Source: Hydractinia symbiolongicarpus
Lineage: Eukaryota
Reading direction: 5' to 3'
Assembly (NCBI RefSeq): GCF_029227915.1
Contig: NC_079880.1
Span: 19,579,855-19,643,854, forward strand
Length of the DNA stretch: 64,000 bases
The translations under genes and the position numbers were made by a program. A model generated the notes under the pieces. It ran no database searches, had not been told where the DNA came from, and was given only the letters and a program-made list of their open reading frames with translations. Shown piece after piece: positions 1-11,943 of this stretch (position 1 is the stretch's first letter; every line of letters begins with the position of its first letter).

Positions 1-3000
1 ATTCGTCTGCTGAACAGTTGAGAGGTCGTCTGCAACAAGTAATCTGACTTCACATGACGTGCATTGTTTAACTAAGCGCAGAGGCCTTTATGTGAGGAAT
101 CTTGGAGGCGTATTACATCCGACAGTGATGCAAAGATTAAAGAAACACTTGTACATAGGAAGAACTGGCTGCTTTAACTTGCAGTAGACCATTGAAATAA
201 GCATGTATATACAGAAGAAGAATTTCTTAAAGTTTTGTTATGTTGTATAAAGAGAAAGGTTTTATACACGAGTGGGAGATTTTCTCTACCCGACTTGAGG
301 TTTATTGAAGCGTGTTTTTAATATAACCCAGGTGCTAAGTGTCTGGGGCTGGGATTGTTGAAACGTGTTTTTAATGCGACCCAAAGTGTTTGGGCCTGGA
401 ATAAGGCCAAGGCGACAGGTCGCGCACCCCCCTCCTTCTGCTGAGCAACTTTCACAGTTGGACTGTTATTCCAGATTCAATATGTCAGAGTTCATTTTTC
501 GTTTTAGTACACTATTGCTCAACAGACCCAAAGAGTCGAGGTAGGTTTTCTAATGCCACTGATTGTCAGTAAAAATAAAGGTGTAAGCAACTATTTATCG
601 CATGAAAACTCTGCGATATGAAAATTTTGTGGATTTGTTTCGAAAATGTTATTTAATTTAAGGAAAATTAACGACACCGGCTTGTGAATTAAAAGAAAAA
701 TCTCGTGTATAAGAAGGAGCTTTTTGTTTCTCTTGCAAAAAAATCAAATTATTTATCTGTTAAGGTCACCAAGACGTCTGTAAAGGTTCCTTTGGGCTCA
801 AAAATATCATCATCATCGTTGACGATCTGACATTTTAATTTTGCAGTTAATAGACCTTTCCGAATTTCTTAATTATGCCAAACTCAATTAAAGAGGTCGA
901 TACTAAAAATGATTTTTATCCCTAAGTTCCTTAGCAAAAGGTGTAACAAATTACCTAATTTTGTAAATATTTTTATTCGTTAAGTGCCACAATTGCGAAC
1001 TGAAAGTTGCGGTCAAACCCTTCATATAGCCGATTTTCCTAAGAATAGCCTCGTTTTGAAAATAATTATTTTCTTCAAATCCAAATAAAATGCAACCAAA
1101 ATATTATATTGCTTTAAAAACTTCATTTTTTTATAATAATTTAATATTCTATCTGAATATCCTTATTTAAAGAGCACAGAACCATTTCTGGATGACGTCA
1201 TTATCAGAATTTATGAAATTCGGGGTGTATTTCTAAACCCATTTTTCGCGGCTGTAAGGACCCTACCGCGAATCTGCACAATTTACAGGGGAGCAATTCG
1301 ATAGCTAAAAAGTCTGTCCCCCCTTCTGAGCAACTCAAGAGTTTCCTTGTGACTTTTATTAAACCTGATTGCTATAAAAAACTTCCAAGACGACTGAAAG
1401 CGCGATGTTTCTGGGTCATTATAGCACCGAAAACGTTCATTTTTCGCAAAGGTACAGAATATCTCTTAAAATCATAAATAGCCTCGTCTAAGTGGATTTG
1501 ATGTTGAGTCTGCGCGAAGTATTGAATTTACCAGGGGATAGTAAAAAATGCGGAAATTTGATGTTACAGCAGGTACCGATTTTTTCTTTTCTAGGACAGG
1601 GCTAAAGGACAGAATTATTTCCTGTTGACAGCAGAAAAAAATCGCTAAAAAACGTTAGAAAGTAATAAACTATAAAACGCATTTAGCACGGATACACAAC
1701 AGTCCAACGCCAGTCCCAGTATTGCTATTGTCTCTATATCTTGTGAAACTTGACAATAATACACAACCTTCTCCACAGGGTAACTTTCACCTTTTCCGAC
1801 ATCGGGAGGGCGTAGGTAAGTGACCCTGGGAACGAGGTTGAATAATACACAACTTCGGATACTTGCACCTTTCCTGATATAGATAAAAGCAGATACATTG
1901 CATTATGGTTGGGTGAATAATAAACATGGGGGAGTATATTGGGCACATAAGAGCATGAATTACGATCATTGTTGAGAACAACACCAAGTAAAAATTTTGA
2001 CTTTCTTTTATTATTTTGTTATTTTTACAATTTAGATCTTTTTAAATTTACTCTTTTTTTATCTTTATATAACAAAGCAAGTTCTTTATGTGACTCATCA
2101 ATTCGAATGGTGAAACTTTTACACCGGGTTTGCAACGAAGTTCTATATTTATGTGTATGTAAAATAAATGAGATTTTATATCTATATAAAAAAAATAAAA
2201 ATATTAATATACAAAGGTAATTATTTTTTGAATCTGGATTCTAATGATTCGAGGACAGATCCAGCAGGAGTGATTCTGCCAAATATTACATCATTTTTCT
2301 GATCTGGCGGAGTTTCATCAACTTCTCGTATTTTTAAGTCGGCTATCAACTAAAAAACATGAATGAATTGAGTCTGTGAATTAACGAAAAAAAACAGGCA
2401 AGAATTTACCATTTCAATATAACCGGCATGTATATTTAGATCTAAAGATTGTTAGGTTATGTAGATTACGTAAATCTGTATTAGAGACGGGTTAGAACGA
2501 AAAATAAAATTGAAATAATGTAAAAACAAAACGAAATGTAAAAAATCCCACTATTGTTTTCGTAACGAGAATAAAAAGGTCATCAACATTTCCATTGTTT
2601 CCAATAAACGCCTTCCCCAACGTGGTATTTATTAAAGGGGTGCCTATTAAACAGGGCGGAATGTAACTACAACGGGCGTTAGATTAAAAGGGACGTGTGT
2701 CAGCAACGGCCGTTGTGGGTTGCGTGACTAATGACAAATGACGTATAAACTTCGCGTAAACGGGTGCTGAAGACAACAAAATCACAACAACTCCTCGGTG
2801 GAAGGGCGAGGCAGAAAAATTAACATCGTACTTGCAAACTCTCAGTCCTTCCCATGTCTCCACGAACCGCAAGAAGAGCCAACACGTGATCAGAACGAAA
2901 GTCAGGGTACGTAGTTGCCAGTCCCTAAAAAGAAACAATTCTTAATTGATACTGCATTATTAAATACTAAAAACCATAAAATTTATAGTCCTCGGAACAA

Positions 3001-3329
3001 GAGACTTGAATAAGTTCGTCATTGTCTTTTTTTGGACTCTTTCGACCGAATATAAATAAAAAGAGACCTGGAAACGCTTCTCACTATTGGGTGAGAAAAA
3101 CCAGAATTTTTCTTCCAAAATAAACTGATATCGAAAATTATTGAAGTTGAGGAAAACACGCAACAAAACTAGGTTCAAAATAACAATCTGTTATTTGTCA
3201 TGCCTGACCAGATTTTGGAATAAGATTAACTATTGTCGTGTCTTTTCAAACTTGCGGTCGGTCGATTATGCACAGTCAAGAGTTAGAGAAACACTATAGA
3301 TATTTTAACGCATTTTAAGATCTTTCCCG

Positions 3330-3398
3330 TCACATGATTTCAATGATGTTGCGAATATGCCATTCAAGCTCCTGATATTTGCTTTGCAAGTACTTTAA
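3330..3398 (-). CDS. EXOC3: EXOC3 candidate terminal exon (stop TGA at 3332-3330)
   Basis: Acceptor gtgtcag. Peptide LKYLQSKYQELEWHIRNIIEIM* matches human TLVSKYPDIRDDHIGALLAV. It ends ~40 aa before the human C-terminus. Reading the GTGACG right after ATG as a donor would extend it, but no phase-compatible downstream exon was found. Confidence 0.45.
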   Translation of the reverse strand, partial: LKYLQSKYQELEWHIRNIIEIM

Positions 3399-3654
3399 CT
3401 GACACAAAAATTTTTCGTTATTTCAATCCCTGCTGGATTTTGTTGGAAATTATTTATCGCATACCACTCTAGAAAGTCATTTGAAGTGCCTGATTAATGG
3501 CGTACATTACGCAAATAAAACACACAAAGGTAAATTAAAAAATACGAAACTAAGCTCTGTTAAAATAGCCAACTTCGAATTAAAACCGTTTGAATTAGTA
3601 AATGTGTCTGATCAGCGCTTTTTACGCAGGACCTCGTTTTGCAAATCAAAAAAG

Positions 3655-3866
3655 GGTAAAACCAGGCTAATATGTAGCTGTTACTTGGGTGTACAACCAG
3701 GCTAATAAGTAGCTTTCACTTAGGGGTTAAACCAGGCTAATATGTAGCTGTCACTCAGGGGTAAAACCAGGCTAATATGTAGCCGTCACTCAGGGGTAAA
3801 ACAAGGCTAATATGTAGCTGTTACTTAGGTGTAAAACCAGGCTAATATGTAGCTGTCACTTACAGA
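3655..3866. repeat. Tandem repeat, 35-bp unit x6 (AACCAGGCTAATATGTAGCTGTCACTCAGGGGTAA)
   Basis: Six head-to-tail copies are visible. It is intronic and abuts the exon 24 donor. Confidence 0.85.
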
Positions 3867-3947
3867 AACTTCTAATGAAACGACATCTGTACTTTTTATG
3901 CGCAACACTTCTGCGCAGGATTTCAACAAGACACATGGTGAATTTTC
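3864..3947 (-). CDS. EXOC3: EXOC3 exon 24
   Basis: Acceptor ctctgtag, donor GTAAGT. Peptide ENSPCVLLKSCAEVLRIKSTDVVSLEVS matches human DVDGYCDTIVAVAEVIKLTDPSLLYLEVS. The donor lies inside the last unit of a 35-bp tandem repeat. Confidence 0.7.
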
Positions 3948-4105
3948 CTACAGAGAAATAGAACGAAATTTAATGTCCCCAAACAGGCTACGAATGGCTC
4001 TGATCACGCTCCTCCTGTGCCCTATACACGCAGTAAACAAAAACGAGTAGAATGACGTCATACACAATTCTCATAGACTGACTAATCGAGTATAAAGCGA
4101 CTTAC

Positions 4106-4217
4106 AAACTCTGGTAGTTTGGCTAACCGAGTAAAAGCTTCAGCTAACTTTTTTCCTTCCTCTAAGATCTGCGCAGCCCCTTCTTTTCGCTCTTCGAAGT
4201 TTCGAAATATAATTCGC
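4106..4217 (-). CDS. EXOC3: EXOC3 exon 23
   Basis: Acceptor ttttcag, donor GTAAGT. Peptide (R)IIFRNFEERKEGAAQILEEGKKLAEAFTRLAKLPEF matches human RISFRSPEERKEGAEKMVREAEQLRFLFRKLASGFGE. Confidence 0.85.
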
Positions 4218-4414
4218 CTGAAAACAAACATATTTTATCAAAGAGTATTTAAAGAATTTCTCACAACACCAGCTAATTTTTTTTTAACAATTCCAAGGTT
4301 ATACAGTTTTTGCTATACAGTAGACATCCGTTAATTCGAGTGCCGCCTAATTCGAACTTTCAGTTATTTCGAACAAATTGCCAAGTCCCTTGAGTTTGGT
4401 TTAAAAAAGTCTTA

Positions 4415-5213
4415 AGGCGGGGGCAAACCAGTCCAAAATTTCATCCAACATGCAATTTTTGTGATGTTGGATGAAATGCAGGACTGGTTTGAGTCATTTC
4501 AAAATTTTGAAAAAATCTAAAATTTTCAAAAAAGAAGAAAAAAATCGTGTTGGACGATGTTGGATGAAGTTTGATCGCCGTCAAACATTTCATCCAACAT
4601 TTTCGGCAAAATCAAAGGAATTCTCTATCTGAGTTGCGTAAATTTTCATGTTGGATTGGTTTGGTGGTACTTTTCATCCAACATATAAAAATCTCGCGAA
4701 TTTCGAACGTTCAATTTTTTAATGGAATGATTTTAATTTGATGCGTTTCAATAAAAACATTACGAAGAGTAAGGGCGAGTCTTTCTTCTGCCAAGATTGG
4801 TCTGTGGCCACCAAAGTTGTTCATCTGACCCGGTGATATCAGATAGGATATTTCATTAAGGAGGAAATATCGAAATCCCCCACGTCCATCCGAAACATTT
4901 CCCTAAATCCGAATCTGTCTTCGATCTTCAATTCTTTAATGATTAAATGACTAAAATATCTATTTTGTTCCCTTCTCTTTATCCACTCTCTTGTTTTTCC
5001 GCGGGTTGGTTTTTCATCGTCTGAATCGACGAGTTCATTCAGCAACATAAGCAGCACTGCAGAAATCCTTCCGTCCGCCATTTTGTTTTCATAAATGAAT
5101 GAACTCTTTATCGTTTGAGTGTTTTTAAAAGCAGTCCCACAAACCTAAAATTTTGCTTCATCCAACATGCATTTTTTCATCCAACATGGGAAAAAAATGG
5201 TTTGCCCCCGCCT
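4415..5213. mobile_element. Non-autonomous DNA transposon (Harbinger/PIF-like MITE) in EXOC3 intron 22
   Basis: 16-bp terminal inverted repeats: AGGCGGGGGCAAACCA at 4415-4430, and its reverse complement TGGTTTGCCCCCGCCT at 5198-5213. It is flanked by a TTA direct duplication at 4412-4414 and 5214-5216. Multiple subterminal CATCCAACATG / CATGTTGGATG motifs occur at both ends, and there is an internal palindrome at 4421-4480. Confidence 0.6.
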
Positions 5214-5914
5214 TTATATTTTCAGTTACTTAATTTGACCTCAGCTAATTTGAACATTTCGCTAATTCGAACAATTTTTTAGTCCCAAGGCTGCATTATG
5301 CTCGTTAATTCGAAAATTTGTGTATCGATAAATAAAATGTTATGGGAAAATAAAAAAAACGTTTTCAATTTTATTCATTTTTATTGCATCAATAGTGGCA
5401 AAATTTCTTTCAATTTATCAATTAAGTTGGCATTTCCAATAAAATGAAGTTTAGAAGGAATTTGGAGACCTTGCCCATTGCTAAGCAAACAACGTTAAAA
5501 GGTTTTTATAAAAAGTTGTAGTAAAGTTGAAAAAAAATCTATATTAGCATAAAACCTTTAAACGTTTATTAAAATTCTTGTTTTTTCTGAACTTCCGATA
5601 ATCCGAACATTCGTTAATTCGAACAAATAATTTAGTCCCTTGCGTGTTCGAATAACAAACGTCTACCGTATTTTTGTTTTTAATCACAAAACAGCAGGAA
5701 AACACGGCGCCATAAAGACGATGTGTCATAACGACGACGAAATTATTTTAGACGATATTCATATTTCTAGGTTTTTAAGTCTGTCTCCATAGAATGATGG
5801 AGGTTCAAGGTTTCAAAGGCCGGTAGATACAATAAATATAGTAATAACAGAGAAAAACGTGATAATATACCAGTTAAAGTTAAGAATAAGGTTATCGTTT
5901 TAACAACCACTTAC

Positions 5915-5986
5915 CTGGAGAGTATTGCACGAACATATTCGGTGACTACTTTTACTTCGGCTGTTTTCATCAAATAATTGAACGCT
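5915..5986 (-). CDS. EXOC3: EXOC3 exon 22
   Basis: Acceptor attttag, donor GTAAGT. Peptide (E)AFNYLMKTAEVKVVTEYVRAILS matches human YKKRMTAEAHRRVVVEYLRAVMQK. Confidence 0.8.
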
Positions 5987-6183
5987 CTAAAATAATTTAT
6001 CACGATGTTAATATAAATAAATTTATTTACGATGGCAACACAAAGCCGTCACTAGCACTGAGGTTTATCATGGAAGGACATTTCTGCGCGGATGTTCATA
6101 TATACGGCTTAATTAAAATAAAAATAAAACTTCTTGCAAATGAAAACAAAAGAGAAATTTATAAAAAAAAATTTATCACATAC

Positions 6184-6264
6184 TCAGGCTTAAGATGAAC
6201 ATAATCGTTCGCGTAATCTTCGAAAGTTGCGATTACTGTCGCGATTATTACTGGTGAAGTCCAC
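6184..6264 (-). CDS. EXOC3: EXOC3 exon 21
   Basis: Acceptor ttaacag, donor GTATGT. Peptide (W)WTSPVIIATVIATFEDYANDYVHLKP matches human LLGSNAVDIICVTVEDYFNDFAKIKKP. Confidence 0.75.
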
Positions 6265-6812
6265 CTGTTAAGTAAAAATAAGGGCATCAACCACAAAAGC
6301 ACGAAATGTTTTCAATACCATATTCAATGAAACGAACTTGATATTTTAAACATTCCTAAGACATTCACCGACATTCTTTAACACGGATTAATATAAGTTT
6401 TAGTACATGGGCATTTAAAAGATCAAATACGCGTTTTTCCTCGAAGTCACTAATTGATACAACAACCCACAGGGACAAGGTAACAGTTTTGAAAGCAATA
6501 ATTTTAATTTAGGCAGTAGCTGAGTTTGTAGAGCCTCGCGAAAACAAAAAGACTCAAAAACAGTCTACTTCAAGTCTGAGTAAATTGATCTTTGTGGTTA
6601 AAAGTACGGAGCTAGAGCGCTCTACCTCAGCAACGCCATATCCCAAGTATATATCGTTAACAAATAACAGGTTTCCTTTCTGCTCCGCCCGTACCGACAA
6701 AAAGCCATCCTGACTAACTTTACGATTTAAGTGACCCCTAACGAAAGATTACATTTAGCGTTTATCAAAATTTTTGACTGAACCACAAAAGGTAATATTC
6801 AAAATGTTTTAC

Positions 6813-6985
6813 CACTTGCGAGTCATTAATTCTTGTAAATGTGGATCGAGGTCGACAAACACACCATCCAGGAGCATGCCACATACTTCTGTTGATAGAT
6901 CTTTGTAACCCTTGATCATTTTATCAAAATTCTGTACTCTGTTCTGCCCAAACGTCTCCTCACCAAGATCGCCTCTCATTTGATT
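6813..6985 (-). CDS. EXOC3: EXOC3 exon 20
   Basis: Acceptor ctacctttcag, donor GTAAAA. Peptide NQMRGDLGEETFGQNRVQNFDKMIKGYKDLSTEVCGMLLDGVFVDLDPHLQELMTRK(W) matches human ..DGILDAIAKEGCSGLLEEVFLDLEQHLNELMTKKW. Confidence 0.85.
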
Positions 6986-8658
6986 CTGAAAGGTAGATTC
7001 CACAATTTAACGGGTACGGATTAACCGATATTGCTCAAAAATATAAGTATCTAGGTTTACAGCTGAGATGATGGGGAGTGGGACAGGTTTTGACGGGTGG
7101 TTCGATATTAGTGGAATAGGTCTTTGCATCAAATACGATTTCACAAAAATTGAACTTGGCCTTAAATCACCCATGGTATTACAAAGTTAAATTTTTAATA
7201 ATGATTGCGTCGCTACCATGGCTCTTTTATCATAACATTTTACTGAAATTTCTATGACGTGGATCACATCAGACATTTTCCTAAACTTGCCTGGAACTTA
7301 CCCCATAATTTACTGGGCCAATTTTTTGGCAGATTGTCACGAATATGCCAAAATCCGTTATGAGCCCTTAGGTTAGGAATTCAAGTTAGTTTCCAGATAT
7401 AAAGATTAAAGATTAAAATCTTTTGGTCCAGTTGCAGCAAAAATGTTATAGGGTATAAAAATGCATTTACCAATATAGCCTAAAAACTTTATTTTGTGCG
7501 CAAAAAATCACGATCATGTTCAGCATACTTTTCATATTCACTGTGTAAATTTTTTAGAAAACAGAAACGAGGACCAAGAAGCAAGGAACCACCGAAGACA
7601 CGTGTTAAGAAAATAGCTCTCGCGCAAACGAGGCAGACGACTGGCAGCGAGGCAAAAACATAATTTACTTTGTTATAATGGACTAAGGGAGCACACTATG
7701 GCTAGGACGTACCGAAAAGAAAATTTTGGACAAACACACTTAAAATTTTTGGACTACAATTTTTCACGTTTCACATTTTGAGAGGGGGTGCCTTTTGTCT
7801 TATCGACTACGTTCCTGGACGTGATTTAGTAAGGGAAGTTGAATCGCGTAGGGAGGGGCAAAAACCAAATCTACTGTAAAATAAAATAAAAAATATGCAT
7901 ACTTTCATTTGTTCAGAGAATTCTGCAATCAACAGAGCATTATTTGCTACTGATACCTACAACAAGAAAAAAGGTATTTAGTGTCATCACTAATATTATA
8001 ACGATACAAATTAGTTGTATTTACAAAGTATGTCCTAAGTCGGAAATCTAATCTAGAAAAAAAAAACGGAATGGAGAGGAACAAAGATAATATTGGAGAT
8101 TACAAAAATCCTCTTTTGTGTGAAAAAAACAATTTATACTTTTACTTAAAAGCAGGAACGAAAATTTATACTGCCCAATCGGTTTTCAGAATGGAAACGT
8201 TGGCTATATAAAAGACACGTAGTATTCTTGTTTAGTATATTTTAATTCAGAAGTGGAATCTTATTCGTTTAAATAAAACGGTCACACGGTCATCTCTGGT
8301 CACACACGCTATAATAAATATTTAAAAACTTACCATATATGGTTCAAAGTATCGTATGGACGCTCTGTTTTCGTAATATTTGCTTTTAAAATTCAAAATG
8401 GCAGCTAAAGTCAAAAACGGAAATAATCAAAATCTCTGCTTAAGTAGGGCAAAATTCAACATATTGATGTTTCATATTTATATAAAATGTCACGCAAATC
8501 AATCGTGCATTAACATGTGGGGCTAACATTCTTTATTCTCGATCATATGAACTACATATGCTTAAAATATAGTTAGCTACAGTGACATGTCTCGATTGCT
8601 CAATATTTTAACTTTACTTGCTCAAGTGTTGGTCTAAGGAAGCAATATGAAAATATAC

Positions 8659-8812
8659 ATATACACGATCTATACACGCTTTATACACGCGATCTACACA
8701 CGATCTACACACGATTTATACACGCGATCTACACACGATCTATACACGATTTATACACGATTTATACACGATTCACACACGATTTACACACGATTTATAG
8801 ACGATTTTACAG
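8659..8812. repeat. Minisatellite, ~10-bp unit (ACACGATYTA)n
   Basis: About 15 tandem units. It causes a spurious ORF at 8647-8910. Confidence 0.85.
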
Positions 8813-8889
8813 GGAAAAATAAGTGCGAAATTTTGTTTTCAGTAGCGCAGTTTTTCTCCCAGCAAAGAAATTGCGAAATAAATTTGCAC

Positions 8890-8967
8890 CTTCTGGTAAC
8901 AAGAGGGTAACATACTTCTCATAGTGGGAATAAAATCTTCTAAAGACTTCACACATATGTCAAGTAT
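8890..8967 (-). CDS. EXOC3: EXOC3 candidate exon 19
   Basis: Acceptor attttag. Peptide ILDICVKSLEDFIPTMRS.. resembles human IINNCQTFKESIVSLKRKY. A strong GTATGT donor at 8910-8915 would give phase 1, which is incompatible with the next exon. The phase-0 donor GTGCAA at 8884-8889 is used here. Confidence 0.35.
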
Positions 8968-9064
8968 CTAAAATTATAATTTAAAGATTTTACGCAACCA
9001 ATCAAGGTATGATATTTGACTCAGACCCCAAATCCTAACAAAACTGTTGTAATTTTTTTAAAAC

Positions 9065-9092
9065 GTTTAGGATATCGAGAGGCAACTGTACT
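9065..9092 (-). CDS. EXOC3: EXOC3 candidate micro-exon 18
   Basis: Acceptor ttttgtag. Peptide (L)VQLPLDILN resembles human YVQYMIAIINN. The donor is only a weak GTTTTA, so the 3' boundary is uncertain. Confidence 0.3.
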
Positions 9093-9142
9093 CTACAAAA
9101 TACCATACAACAAGCCAAGTTCCTCCTCAACCTCCTTTTTAC

Positions 9143-9195
9143 AAATTTTCAAATAAAATTCCATAAAGCAAAATCAGCATGACTGCCTCCCCAAC
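9143..9195 (-). CDS. EXOC3: EXOC3 exon 17
   Basis: Acceptor ..acaagaag, donor GTAAAA. Peptide VGEAVMLILLYGILFEN is comparable to human VLVLCLQQMNSFLSRY. Phase 2 out. Confidence 0.5.
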
Positions 9196-9281
9196 CTTCT
9201 TGTCTAATAAATACCTTGGTTATTATGCGCATATCTACTTAACAAATTTACAAATTAAAAAAAAAGTACAGTAGCTTTTAC

Positions 9282-9323
9282 CTTCAATTTGACATCTCTT
9301 TCTATGAAAGCACCAACTTGTAA
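9282..9323 (-). CDS. EXOC3: EXOC3 exon 16
   Basis: Acceptor tattttag, donor GTAAAA. Peptide LQVGAFIERDVKLK matches human LQVAAQISEDLKTK. Confidence 0.7.
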
Positions 9324-9505
9324 CTAAAATATAACATACATATACAACTTCCAATTGAGGATGCCTCATAACTTTAATCTGAAAAAGCAGAAAATTCTAG
9401 GAAAATTAGTCTTGCTATGAACAAAATATTCCTTTAATAAGTTTCTGCACTATTCTAACAACTATACTCCAATACAATGTTTACGGTACAAGCACAAACA
9501 ACTTA

Positions 9506-9599
9506 CATTTTACTGTGGAAAGTTTATCATTTCTTGAGCATGATAGTTTAGTAGGCGACTATTATGTTCAAGAAATGATAAACTTTCCACAGTAATATG
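9506..9599. ncRNA. Intronic ~94-nt hairpin (candidate pre-miRNA or foldback)
   Basis: Arms at 9506-9542 and 9563-9599 form a ~35-bp near-perfect inverted repeat with 3 mismatches. The 20-nt loop is itself partly palindromic. It lies in EXOC3 intron 15. Confidence 0.3.
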
Positions 9600-9642
9600 A
9601 ATACTGAACAGACAAATCGAAATAATATCTTCAACAACTTAC

Positions 9643-9735
9643 ATTTTGGTCAAGCATTTGAAACAAAATAATCGGAAGTGATGTTTGGAAATATCCCTCG
9701 GTGTCAGTTTCAGGAAGCTTGTCTTGGTTCCAATC
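9643..9735 (-). CDS. EXOC3: EXOC3 exon 15
   Basis: Acceptor ttaatag, donor GTAAGT. Peptide DWNQDKLPETDTEGYFQTSLPIILFQMLDQN matches human [31 protein letters not shown]. Confidence 0.85.
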
Positions 9736-10349
9736 CTATTAATGAAGCATTTTAACTTTCAAGAAATCACTTCTAGCATATCTACACTTGTACAGATGAG
9801 GAAAAAACAAGAAGGTTCAAAAACTGAGCAAGGGAGTGCTAGTTATATAAAAGGGTTGGGCGATAAGGGTTTGGCATACCTGGTTTATGTTTCCAGCGAT
9901 TAAATTTCAGAGCAACAAATCCAATTTCAAAAGTCAAAATTTTACCAACTTTGTAGATATATACAAATAATTTCCCAATGAGTCCCCAATTAAAATTTCG
10001 ATTATTTTGCAGACAATCAACATAAAAACGTCAAAATTACTTTGATGTTTGCCCCTTCATATGGGAGATTTTATTGAAGATGGCTATCAGATTAACATGC
10101 CAGTAGTCTGTTTAACCTTGTTTGTTTAACTTAGTACTCTCTTATAGTTGCAAATCAGAAAAAAATATTTTGAGATGAAGTTTTTTTAAAGTGGGAGGTA
10201 AGCCTAAAGTATTGTTTACAAAGAAGTAAGTGCCATCAAATTGACAGTTTTAAAGAACATTTTTAAGTATTGTGCTCCAACATATTCACAAGATTTCGGA
10301 CTAGTCAGAATTACTACAAATCATGACGACAGTTTTCAAAGTAGTTTAC

Positions 10350-10416
10350 CTGACTTTCAGAAACACACATCTTTTCAAGCCAGTTCTGTATGTTTCGTTC
10401 AGTAGTACTCACATAC
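10350..10416 (-). CDS. EXOC3: EXOC3 exon 14
   Basis: Acceptor ttttag, donor GTAAAC. Peptide (M)YVSTTERNIQNWLEKMCVSESQ matches human MSTLTSNIIAWLRKALETDKKD. Confidence 0.65.
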
Positions 10417-10894
10417 CTAAAATAACATGAGTGACATAAGTACAAATTCGTCTGCAAATTTTCAGTTTTACTGAAGTGAGTGAGAATTTCCTGACTGATT
10501 TATGACAAATTTGAAGAACTTCAGTACTAGTAACATTACGTGAATGTGTAAAACGGTATATAATATGCACTTATAATCATATGTAACTGTATAATGAAAT
10601 TTCCCAGCGATTTTCTTGGCTGATAAAAAATTTACTTTATTCCTCAACTTTCCAACCGTAATCAGCAAAAACAAAAAGCATGGCCTGCGAAGCTACTTTA
10701 GGTGTTACCGGAAATGACCTTTGCATCTATTACATAGGATGTGTTAAAACAGGTCTTGAAATAAGAGATTGTTAAAATGAAATTTCTATGATTAAAAGAA
10801 TATGATCATCGTGTTTTCATTTTTCTCCTTGAAGTGTAATGTGAAACATTTCCTAGTATTTCATGAAAATCTACTTTCAACCAAAAGCTCTTAC

Positions 10895-11002
10895 ATCTCC
10901 ATCAAACTTTCCACAACACCATAACTCAAAATTGGATCCAACTCATCTTTAAAACCCTCTACAAATTCTTTAAGCTCTTCATGACCTAAAAGATCTGGTC
11001 CG
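10895..11002 (-). CDS. EXOC3: EXOC3 exon 13
   Basis: Acceptor ttttttttag, donor GTAAGA. Peptide (D)GPDLLGHEELKEFVEGFKDELDPILSYGVVESLME matches human ..NVELAPEVDVGTLEPLLSPHVVSELLDTYM. Confidence 0.75.
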
Positions 11003-11264
11003 CTAAAAAAAATATTTTAAACAATAAACTTAGTATCATTTTTAACTAGGGTATTTTAGATCTCATTATAAGTTGGGAGATGTGATTATACCACATTGGT
11101 TAATCAGGAAATCAATGCTTTATCCATTACACCTTGCATGTTAGTTAAAATTGGCATAATCGATTTGAAAAATCTTTAGCAATTTCTAACAGACAAAATA
11201 TGGACATTATTTTTATATAGGTTAACATACATCTCAAAGAGGACTAATAGTAATTATCACTTAC

Positions 11265-11344
11265 TCGTATTCGTTAATCCAGTTTAGAAGTGTTACACAC
11301 TCATTTGGTCGGTCATGGTTTTGATTCAATGCAAAATGTTCCAG
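11265..11344 (-). CDS. EXOC3: EXOC3 exon 12
   Basis: Acceptor aatttag, donor GTAAGT. Peptide LEHFALNQNHDRPNECVTLLNWINEY matches human [29 protein letters not shown]. Confidence 0.7.
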
Positions 11345-11883
11345 CTAAATTAGTAAAAGAAGACCTTATTGGTAAAGTCTTAAATCCATAGTTTCACCTA
11401 ATTTCCAAAAGCAAAAATACACTTCTATTACTTAACCAATATTTTTGCATTTTGACGTAAATTTACGAAGAAAATAATACAAATTTGTTCGTGAAAAAGT
11501 ATTCCCCCGTATAGTTTGGTAATAACTTCCATACTTATCAATTATCGCTTTTCTCATATTTTGAAATTAGTACCCTTAAATAATTTTATTCACACAAAGT
11601 CAGAAATAAAATATTTTGAAAATCACAATTCGCATAAAATGAATAACTGCAATATGTTACAAATTAAAGTAAATCTTCAACAATAACAACATATTATGAC
11701 CTTGGGGATGCTCAGAAAGTATTTATCCAAAAGTTTCAAAATATAAATAAAACAGTGGTATATATGCTAAACATATAATGGCAAACTTACAGTTCTTGAC
11801 GTGGCTTCATGATATGTAACAATGTAAGTTTTAAATATTTTGTAACTGGGAGGAAAACATTGACGCACTAAATGCTGTAAAAA

Positions 11884-11943
11884 GAAAAATAACTGCTGTA
11901 AAAGTTTCTTCAGTAAGCAATCGGAGATAGGAAATATCAAAGT
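11884..11943 (-). CDS. EXOC3: EXOC3 exon 11
   Basis: Acceptor cacag. Peptide NQEYFDISYLRLLTEETFTA matches human PPHYEIFKNLLNMYHQA. The donor is a weak GTTATT, the only choice that keeps the frame. Confidence 0.5.

Noticed and set aside
2221-2349. Candidate extra 3' exon of EXOC3 (LIADLKIREVDETPPDQKNDVIFGRITPAGSVLESLESRFKK*) with a ttttttag acceptor.
   Set aside because: It needs phase 0 entry, but the only possible donor of the preceding exon (GTGACG after ..EIM) gives phase 2. Similarity to the vertebrate C-terminus is weak. A 42-codon open frame is not improbable in this AT-rich DNA.
4839-5081. 80-aa minus-strand ORF inside the MITE.
   Set aside because: There are no transposase motifs. 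The element is too short to be autonomous, so this is probably a chance ORF.
8647-8910. 87-aa ORF (IYTRFIHAIYTRSTHD..).
   Set aside because: It is a translation of the 10-bp minisatellite.
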